Source: Azolla caroliniana
Taxonomy: Eukaryota; Plantae; Polypodiophyta
Assembly: GCA_043228905.1 (NCBI GenBank)
Contig: JBHGNT010000014.1
Location: forward strand, 16,802,001-16,866,000
Direction: 5' to 3'
Length of the DNA: 64,000 nucleotides
The notes under the pieces were generated by a model that saw nothing but the letters and a program-made list of their open reading frames with translations, made no database searches and was not told where the DNA came from. Below, one piece after another: positions 38,815 to 48,576 of the stretch. The position numbers were made by a program, and so were the translations under genes. Every line of letters starts with the position of its first letter. Within the stretch, counting starts at the first letter, position 1.

Positions 38815-39623
38815 TGTTGGGAGACAGGTCCCTCCGGATGGGAAGGGAGAAGAACAGTGCCGATGAACAAACTCGGCCGAGGCCGAAACCGGATGAGGAG
38901 GACCCGATGAGGAGGACCGGAGAGCCGGATGATACAGACCCGGTGAAGACCGGATTAGGAGGACCCGGCTACGGAGATCTGGATGATACAGACCCGGTGA
39001 AGACCGGATGAGGAGTACCCGGCTACGGAGAGCCGGATGGTGCAGAGCCGGTGTAAACCGGATGAGGAGCACCCGGCTACGGAGAGCCGGATGATACAGG
39101 CCCGGTGAGAACCGGATGAGGAGCACCCGGCTATGGAGAACCGGATGACGTAGACCCGGTGAGAACCGGAGGAAGAGACATATTCGTAAATATGTTTCTG
39201 AGAGCCCATCGAGGCTATATTTGTAAATAGCCGAAAAGTCATATTAGTATAAATATGACTTAGGGCAAACCTTGAGTGGTTGTCATTTTTCCTTGTTGGT
39301 GCAAGAAGAGGAGTGAGTATGTAACGTTGTACACAAAGAGAGAGAAAAAGAGGTCGTTGCCTCTGTTGTAACCGCTGCCTGTGGCGAAGATCGTGAGTCC
39401 GAGGTCGTTGCCTCCGTGAACTCACTGTTTTGTACATTCTTACATAGTGACAGTTTGCAGCCTGTGGGCTGCCGTGGTTTTTCCCCTAGTTTGGGGTTTT
39501 CCACGTAAACCTCCTGTGTATTTTCTTCTTCTTTGTGTCGCGTCTTATTTCCCGTTTTCTGTGTATCATTCTAAGCATGGTTGTGGCCGAGCGTTGCGCA
39601 TAAGGAACGATCAGTTCCCATCA
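38815..39623 (+). mobile_element. Solo LTR (809 bp, Copia-type) inserted in the RNase H region of the chromovirus
   Basis: TGTTGGGA...TCCCATCA termini. 5-bp TSD ATTTC at 38810-38814 and 39624-39628. Shares motifs with the LTR at 55895-56602. Confidence 0.9.
38895..39172. repeat. 54-bp GC-rich tandem repeat (about x5) in U3 of the solo LTR
   Basis: GGATGAGGAG.ACCCGGCTACGGAGAGCCGGATGATACAGACCCGGTGA is repeated. Confidence 0.92.
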
Positions 39624-42600
39624 ATTTCCACGGATGTAAAATTCTTGGAGTAGAAGGCCACAGGATGTAGTGTGCCATTGTAGTCTAGCTGGGATAAGAC
39701 AGCTCCAATGGCAAAGTCGGAGGCGTTGGTTTCACCTGGAAGGGTCTCATTGGGTCGGGGTGAACCAACATTGGTGCCGAGAGAAAAGTTGCCGTGAGGG
39801 CATCAAAAGCACTTTGTGCCGTGGAGGTCTAGAGAAATGGAGTATCTTTTCTAGTAAGCATGATTAGAGGTTGCACTAGGGAGGAAAGATAAATCATTTA
39901 TAAAAAATTGTGAAACCAAGAAATGATTGTACCTCTTTCAACCGAGTTGGGACAAGCCAATCGGTGATTGCCGTTACCTTTCGCACATCCATTGTGATCT
40001 CGGAGGGTGAGATAACGTAGCCCACGAATTCTACAAAGACCCATTCGAATTCACATTTCTCACTTTTGGGGTAAAGCCCATGTTCCTGAAGTTTGGTTAG
40101 AACCAGTCGGACATGTTGTGTGTGCTCCTCTATGTTGGAACAAAAAACTAGGATGTCGTCAAGGTAGATTACTATGAAGTGATCGAGATACTCACGGAAT
40201 ATATTGTTCATCATGTGTTGGAAGATTCCCGGGGTGTTGGTGAGACTGAATGGCATTACCTTGTACTCGAATGCCCATAATGTGTTCGGAAGGTAGTTTT
40301 CCACTCATCTCCAAGCTTGATGCGCACTAGATTGTAGGCTTCCCCGAAGGTCGATTTTGGAGAAGATAAGCTTGGTTTGGAGTCGATCGAGGAGTGTTGG
40401 AATTAAGGGTAAGGGATAACGATTATGCACCGTAACTTTGTTGAGACCGGGCAATAATCCACACATAGTCGTAATGATCCATCCTTCTTCTCGACAAATA
40501 AGATTGGGGCCCCGACCAGTGATTTGGAGGGTTGAATGAAGCCCTTCACGAGGCTTTCATCTAGATATGTTCAGAGAGCTTCAAGTTCAGGTTCGGAAAG
40601 CCCATAGATGGGACCGAAAGGTGGATGCACACCATCTTGGAGTTCGATTGGGCAATTGTAGGGCCGATGTGCCGGTAACCGATTGGCTTTTCTCTTTTCA
40701 AATATATCCGAAAAGTCGCTATATCTTGTAGGCAAATTGTTGATAAGAATGGAGATGTCCCGCAACAAAACAGGCGGTGTAGTGACCAAGTCAGAACTGG
40801 TTGCAACAGAATCAAGAGGGCGGGTGATTGAGTTGAAGTCATTTTCCTGTTGTCGAGAAACCTCCGTAGGACGTGCACGGTGAATTATTGCTGAGGGCCC
40901 CGCATCGGGCAATGGCGGATGACGTGGTCGGGGGTGCCACAATAGAGGTAGAGGCCATTGTCATGTCAAGGTTGTCGCTAGGCATCAGTTAATGGTTGGA
41001 ACTGAGTGTGACCGATCTCCATTAGGGTATGTGGGTTGATCTCCATTGGGGTATGGGTATTAGTGGAGGATGGCAAATTTGACGTGGTTGGCAAAACTGA
41101 TACGTATGGCCTTACGATTGGTGGGTTTCAGGAAGAAGACGGAAACCCTCAAGTCCCACGTTCCTCTTGAGGAAATTCAAAAAGACGATTATCAGAATTG
41201 ACGGCTTGGGAGATTACTTGAGACAACGATGTGGGCTCCGGAAAGTTTAAGACAAGAGTCTTGACATCGTTTCGAATGCCTCGACAAAAATGGCCGCATA
41301 AGGCTTGGTCATTCCAGTTGACATCGCATGCGATTTGATGAAACTCTGAAGCATAGATGGAGGCTGGATGTGAGCCGTGTTGTAAGGAATAGAGCTTTGT
41401 GAGTGCCATTTGTTGCCGGTCTATCTCTCCGAACGTGGCTTCGAGCTTAGCAAAGAAGGGGGGAAGTTTTCTAAGATAGGGGATACAGTCTCAACCAATG
41501 GTCCAAAGAGAAGGGTGCCAATGAGGCTGATCCGAGAAAAATCACGAGCATAACGTTTGGGCTATAAATGGATGATAAGCCGAATTTGATTAATGAACCT
41601 ACAATGATGCATCCTCGTGTTGTTGAATTTGTTAGGTAGGCTGATGGTAGGTTTGAGGACATGTGGATGGGAAGGGGAAGTGGTTGGGCTCGGTGCCAAC
41701 GGGGTGGTGGGCTCCGCAGGTGGTGGGTTTTTGGATGTGCCACTTTGAAGCTCTCATAATGATTTGCAAATGATTTCATTTTCCAGTTGAAGTTGTTGCA
41801 AGGCTACCATTACTTGGTTAAGTTGTCATTGGAGTCAGACATGCTCACAAGAAGAGAAGGTGAACAAACTATCACGGACGAGTTAGAGCAGAACCAAGAT
41901 GAGACTAAATACTAAGAGAGAGAAGAGACAAGAGAAAGAGAGCAAGAACTCAACTTATGCTTCCATAATTGGTGTTGTTCACCTTGAATAGAGGTATGAA
42001 TCAAGGTGCACTCAAGTATTTATACAAGATTCAAGGTGGAGGTATGCATGCAAGCTAGGAATATTCTAGAGAATGCATGAGGATGAATGCAAGTTAGGGA
42101 ACTTATAGAGAATGCATGAGTATGCACTGCATCGAGTTCCCGTTGAAAGCACTAGGTGAGCACTAGGCTTTCAACAGAAACTTGATGCACTACATCGAGG
42201 TCTCGTATACTACAGTTTGACATCTTGGCAAAAATTGATTTAAAAAGAGAGAGCGTCTTTAGGGAATCTTTAGGGAATCTTAAATATCGGTTAAAAATAG
42301 ATACCTAACAATTTTCTTTCCCTTGTTCATGGTGCTGGCATTGAGTGCGTTGACCGAGGAGACGAAAACTGAGAGTGCAAGATAACTTGTGTGCTCTTGA
42401 GCCCTTGAAAATCTTGCATGCAATAATGACAATGAGAAGATGAATTTCATTTATATATTAATAATATTTTTATTAAAAGAAAATTAAATCAAATTATTTT
42501 TACATGTGGCTTATTCTAGAAGAATTTTTTCTACTATTTTCACTCATTTGATCTTAGTTGGCCTTAGTCAAGTTGTCCTCAACATCGAGTAAAAATTCTC

Positions 42601-42659
42601 TATTTTCTGTTGAGCCTTTTACATATCTGATAACTCATTATTCTCAACTAAGGAATATA

Positions 42660-45098
42660 ACCATGTAGATATTAAACGAAGTCAACATAAAGAGTCCAAC
42701 GATGATATTGGGCAAAGTGCAAATTCAGTTTTTTCAATTGAGCCATTTAACTTAGGTAGTCCTCAAAAAAGTATAGTAGTTACAAATAATGAAGGGGTTG
42801 ATTTATCTAATGTCGATGAGGATTGCATCAATCAACCTCTCAATTTTCGAAGAGTTCCCCAATAAGTGAGTGTTAAAAGAAATAATTTTTTGTGTTCAGA
42901 TCGTCAAATTGCATTTGATACAGGCAAGCCATGCTGTGGGAATCTTTGTCTTTCGAAATTTGGAAAGGCAAACTTGAGGGGGTTGCGGCATAAGTATTTG
43001 TCACTTAATGGCAATGAACAAGATACTTTTATGATTTCACATATGCAACTTGTTAAGGACCATACAACATGGCCAAGTTCAATGCATGTCGAATATTACC
43101 TTGCACTTAGTATGAAGAGTTGTCGAGTTGCTTTCAAAATTGCTTATATCATTGGTAACATGAGGCTTCAGAGAATCCAACATCGATAAGTAAAGGGTTC
43201 ATGGGTACCGTTCAATAATAAAGAATCTGGATGTAAGGGTCTGATTGGGTGGCATGCCGTTAGATGGATGGAGATATATTTCTCAAAGCAATGTGATGTT
43301 ATACCCACTACTAGAAGATTACATTTGTCAAATAACTTCACTCGTCATGAGGTATACCAAGCGTAAAAGGATGACATGTTATTAGAAAGTGTACCTTACA
43401 TGCAACATCGACATTTTAATCGATTAAGGAGATTGAAGTTTAACGATGTGGTCATACCGCGTAAGGTTCGAATGGGTGTTTGTTTTGTATGTGCAAGTTT
43501 AAAAAGCATGGCAAAAAGTGGAAGAACAGATGACGAAATAAAGAGTTATAATAATTTATCAAAAGAACATCGAGAAAGTCAAGCGTTGGAAAGATATAAA
43601 GGTATGCACCATCGACAAGAAGTGCTTCAATCACTAGAAAGGTACATGTGCTTGATTATAGATAGCATGGATCAGAAGTAGACTTGTTTGCCACACTTTC
43701 GAAGGTTGCCGAATGATATTGGAGATGAATGCCTTGTGCAAAAACACTTAGTAGGTTGTTTGTCTTATTGTTAGACGATAAGGCCTCAAGCGTTCCTAAC
43801 TTATCCTAATGTCCACAACGACCCTAATCTTACAATCATAGTAATGCAAAGAGTTTAACAGTCTTGGCAAGGTATTCACCCGCTAGTACTATACGTGCAA
43901 CTAGACAACATGGCCAGAGAAAACAAAAACTTGACCGTGTTCAGTTATTTAAGCATGCTAGTAGAAAGGGGCATATTTAAAAAGATTAAGTTAAACTTCT
44001 TACTAGTTGGTCATACTCATGATCATATAGATCAAATGTTTAGCCGGTTCACCAAGAAATTAGCGAGATGTGATGCTTTCACGCTTCCTATGCTATCAAA
44101 GTTTATCACTGAAGCTTATACCCCAAAGCCAAATGTACAACATTTGGATGAAGTTTATGATTTTAAAAGCTTCTGCGTGGATAGTGATGGGACTATGTCG
44201 GGTTCTTGCAACACTTAATAATATAAGTTTTAACCACGTCTTCGCCATCAAAAGAAGTTCTATCAGCCACAACCAAACAATGTTGTATGCCAAACAATAC
44301 TCATCTAGTTCACAATGGGAGCCACAAGAGGGATGTAGGCTCTTATTGCATTTTCCAGATGCGGTAATCCATGGTGCAGAACAAATGCCGTATGATGACC
44401 ATAAAAGAAATTTGGCTACTAGTAGTTCGATTGAAGAGAAAAAGATATATTGGATGTGGTGCCTTGAAGAAAAACGCAAAAATATTGAGCGTACCAAAAA
44501 GTACGCTTGTGATCAGGATGTTGAATGGTGGGGTAACTTCTTTAATCAATTTTAGATAACCACTTTGCTGGTTACTGACCACTCCAAAATCAATTCAAAT
44601 GGAATATTGGTGGCCCACCAATGGTGAACACGACTCGTTTACAATCACTAGAGAATAATCTAGTTCGTCCACGACAAAGAGATATTTACGTGGGACCAAG
44701 AATATCGCATGTTGCAAAGGCAGATGGCAAGGCAATCTACATGAGCTACAAGTTGGTATGTTGGTCGCAACATTAGCCAAGGGTGATAAGTTGGGCCATC
44801 CCTTTTGATTGCTAAAATTACCGAAATTATTAAGGATGAAGAAAGCAATCAAGTTCAATACATTGACAGTGGTTCATTGGCGTCATACCTCTTCCCCAAA
44901 TGCATTTACTGGGAATTACTCTTTGGAGATAGTTAAGTATGTCGGAGGAACAAACAGAAAACGGAGAAGAAAGAATCTACCCAACACGTCTACTCTGACA
45001 CTTGATAATGTAGACATACTAGTATATGACTTCTCCTTGACCAAAACAGGCCATCTCAGACATACCGCAATCAAGATAATAAAAGAGAAGATCCCAGA
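42660..45098 (+). pseudogene. Degenerate DNA-transposon transposase, Sola1-like DDD type
   Basis: Fragments show a Cys-rich N-terminus (CCGNLCLSKF; CFVCASLK), then CLIIDSMDQK, QLDNMARENKN and FLLVGHTHDHIDQMFSRF, with many stops. The superfamily call is from recalled motifs. Confidence 0.7.
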
Positions 45099-45574
45099 TG
45101 TGCTTCCTCTCATCTTGAGCTCCTTTATCGTTCCCTCTCACGTTGGGTTCACCAAAGATGTCATGGTTTTTTGTGTGTATGTGTCGGAACAGGGAGGGAC
45201 CACCGGGGTCTTGAACAGAGGAGCCGGTAAGAGAGGGTGAGGAGACTTACTGGATTGTTTCCGGACCACTTCGCTCGCACACGGGATCAGGCACGTTACA
45301 AATCCGGGCCGGTCACCGGATACCGGATGATGGACACATGGGTCTGGATACGTATACCAAAGATGTCGCGGATTTCCGTGTGTATGTGTCGGAATGGGGC
45401 AAGACAAACAAGTTCTTGAACGGAGGACCGATAAGAGAGGTGAGGAGACTTACCAGATTGTTTCTGGACCACTTCGTTGGCACGCGACTGATCCGGGCTG
45501 GTCACCAGATACCAAATGATGGACACACGGGTCCGGATACGTATACTATCCCGGACCAGTGGCTGGATACCAGT

Positions 45575-46351
45575 TGACAAGCACACGGGCTCAGAAACAC
45601 AGGCAACGTGCGAGAAGGAATGAAAACAGGGAAGGAAAATATGGGCTCGACACCGAGAGAAGAGACGAACACAACAAACAAATGGATTAAATAACATAGG
45701 AATACAACCGGACCCGGCCGAAGATAGAGCTTCAAGCTCCCCACACTTACACACGAAGACTCTAGCGAGCCTCCGATCGGGAGCACACGGGCTACCAGTA
45801 CGAAACTGAGGCCTCGCAGCACAACAATAGGAAACCGAAAGGAAAACAGAGAACATAAATCTCCGGAGCTCAGTCCGACAACACTTTGTCCTCCAAAATC
45901 GTGGATCCCCTCCTTAGTCTCCTCTCCCTCCTTTTATAGCTCAAAGAGGGAGAGAGACCGTTTTATCAAGTTGTTAAGACAACCGTTTTTCCTGTCCCCC
46001 GATTCTCTCCTCGATCTCCTCCCATCAATCCCCTTTGTTCCTCTATTCGTGTGACCATAAAGTATTTATCAAAAGTACCATCAGTACTTGAATGCTCATA
46101 AGTGAGCCCCTATACTAACTCCCAAATATATTCCTTCACGGAATATCTTTCCAATGGCCTTCCGGTTCCCACAAATCCGATCTCGCCGATTGGTCTCCAT
46201 CCGATCCGGCTCCCGGCTTCTTCAGCCGATTCAGGCCTAATCAATTGGTCCAATCCCGATCCGGTTCTCGGCTTCTTCAGCCGATCGGGCCCAAGTTGAG
46301 CTTGCTCGCTCAACAAAGTTCTATCGGGGGAACCTCATAGTGGCCCCAACA
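45575..46351 (-). mobile_element. 5' LTR (777 bp) of a truncated LTR retrotransposon, with PBS and partial leader (about 45099-45560)
   Basis: Minus strand reads TGTTGGGG...TTGTCA, then AC and PBS-like TGGTATCCAGCC (45572-45561). Minus-strand TATAAAAG near 45935. The leader has an about 205-bp duplication. No coding part remains. Confidence 0.7.
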
Positions 46352-46431
46352 CAGAAACATGGCACATTGTATATGATGCAAGCCAAGTTGTGTAAGGATG
46401 AAGCGAATGTGGCTGCTGACTCAAGCGGAGA

Positions 46432-46887
46432 TGTTACGGGCATGACCATATAATATCCCGTGGTAAGAATTTACCGTAGTATTCTATACACGTGGATAAG
46501 TGTGAGGGTTAAAGGAGAGTGTAAAGAAGGGGAGGATTACTTTTAATCCTCGGGATTGAGACAACCCATTAGGTCAAGTGTGAACTTGCCTGGGGGCCTT
46601 GGGTTTCGCTATAAATAAGAGGCCTAGCTACCCTCATTTGATCATCTTTTTGACTACATCGAGACTCTGCTCGTGTGGTGGGTCAACTCTTGTAGCGAGC
46701 GCGCCAGCACCAGGTACGACTCGACGCCACGGCGGTGGTATGGGACGCCGATCGAGGCTCGAGTCCGTCTCGATCCCTTCGCTCGGGGGTGGTCGGGTGG
46801 ATCGGCACCCTTCTTTCTCTTTCTCCTTTCTATCTATTTCTTCATTATCCTTATCTTAAGCTTACATTAGTATTATGATCTATAATA
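46432..46887 (+). repeat. 5' LTR (456 bp, TG...TA)
   Basis: Direct repeat of 52997-53452. TATAAATA near 46610. Confidence 0.97.
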
Positions 46888-47139
46888 TTTGGTATCAGAT
46901 TTTTGTACTAATGTTTCTTTGTTTTTCATTTGTCTTTTGATTGATGCTGATCGATCGTTGTGCGGTTGGCCTTGATCCAGACAACGATCAACAAAGAACT
47001 TCGGTAACTCTTTTCAGAATTTTTCTTTCTATTCTCTCTTCTCCCATCTAATCATGTGTTTAGTTTATATGTAATTTTCTTTCATTAAGTCAATGATGTT
47101 GTAGTGGTCTTTAATTGATTATCTAAAACGTTTACATAT

Positions 47140-47400
47140 GTGCACGAGGTCAATACCTCGTTTGACATATTAATAATATGTGATGAGTGTCGTATGCGTA
47201 CGAGGTTAATACCTCAATTACGTATTACGTTCACGAACATATGTTACGTTTGCGTATGAGTTTAATACCTTGATTTGTTGTAAACGATATGCGTTTGGTC
47301 TCGTATGCGTAAGAGGTCAATACCTCCATTGCGTATTACGATGATCTCTTATTTGTGGATGTTTCGTGTGCGTAGAGGTATATACCTCGATTACGTATCT
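47140..47400 (+). repeat. Array of five hairpin units GAGGT-N4-ACCTC in the element leader
   Basis: Units at 47146, 47202, 47258 (degenerate), 47313 and 47375, spaced 55-62 nt. Confidence 0.85.
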
Positions 47401-48576
47401 CGATCACATCATTTGTGGCTATTTTTTATAACGATATGTTGAATATAGGCATATGTGGTCACATATATACGTATTTGATCGTATATATGTGATAAGTAAA
47501 CATATGTGTATATTCGTTATTACGTGATTATATCGAAAGTTGTCATGATCGGGAAAAGGATGTTGGTGGCCGTCCTCACATTTTTGTGAGAATGGCGTTG
47601 TCACCATCCCTTTTTCAACATTTTTTTATTGTTGATAACCCCGTTGACGACCTCGATTTCGTTACGTAAAGAAACGCCAATAGCCAAAATGATGTTGAGT
47701 ACGTAGGGCTTGACCCACTTCAAGTGAGGTCGCTCCAATGACGCACGTATCCAACATCCCTCCCTCCTTACATGGATACGATGCCACCATGAGCTCGTTC
47801 TTACGAGAGGCATTCGTAATGACGTGACCATGTGATGGCCCACGTGAGCCTACTACGAAACGAGGGCTCATTTGGCTTGACCATTAGGTTGCCCTTTGAC
47901 ATATGCCATCGTAATTACGAGACTTGAGGTTAGGTAACGTACCAACATAGTGTTGGTAAATGAGGGCGAAATAAGGACCCTTGACATATATGTTCTTTTA
48001 AAAAAACGTATATGATCAATTGCCTCGCATATCTCTTATACGCATCAAACATTAAGCATTCGAGAAGAGCAACTTACTTGGTTGGCTCAAGTGTTTAATG
48101 TATTTGTTCTCGAGGTCTCGAGTTCAAATATGACCAAGACCATACAACATCCTTGATACATATGACTATAACACATGTTTAGACTTAAGGTCTAAGTGCA
48201 CCTCGGGGTCCTCGTAATAGGACTTAAAGAGCCGAAACCACTTATGTGGGCACCGAAACATAGTTTATTGTTAACATTTTTTTCGTGTATAAACTATTCA
48301 TGACGCGAACATACATGGTTGAGCCTCGGGGAGCCACCATGAAAAAATCGATATAGAGATCAGGGAAAGACATTTATTTGTCACCCCCATGGTTTTTAAA
48401 ACACCTTTGTGTTACCATAGTAACCTGATCTTGAACCTCATCTCATACGTCTAGAGGGGTATTGACGTGAGATAATGATATCGATTAATGCTCGCCCATG
48501 ATATGTTTACATCACGACATGATGTTATGACTATATCTCTGACCTTATCCTATTTCTTTTCCAGAAATAATCTTTA

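Larger units (their letters stand above)
36411..42126 (-). mobile_element. Ty3/Gypsy chromovirus (Tcn1-like), degenerate; 5' LTR truncated
   Basis: 3' LTR 36411-36854 (TGTCA..TGACA) with minus-strand PPT AGAGGGAGGA just inside it. Matching partial 5' LTR at 41870-42126. Fragments of gag (ASEFHQIACDVNWND), RT (IYLDDIL), RNase H, integrase (SMDFITDLP) and chromodomain (YEVDQILD..YLVLWKGY..ATWEP). The clade call is by resemblance. Confidence 0.93.

Noticed and set aside
38653-39437. Repetitive 157-aa and 160-aa ORFs
   Set aside because: Artefacts of the 54-bp tandem repeat in the solo LTR.
45095-46355. Solo LTR with 4-bp TSD CAGA
   Set aside because: The two flanks belong to different elements (transposase and Copia), and a PBS at 45561-45572 places the LTR end at 45575. 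The match is probably chance.
47140-47400. CRISPR-like repeat/spacer appearance
   Set aside because: The repeats are degenerate and only about 14-30 nt, and lie inside a retrotransposon leader with no cas genes. Kept as an RNA hairpin array.
47790-47872. Hammerhead ribozyme (CTCGT..hairpin..GAAACGAG)
   Set aside because: Stem I/III-like pairings exist, but the CUGANGA core is absent (TGACGTGA) and stem II does not abut GAAA.
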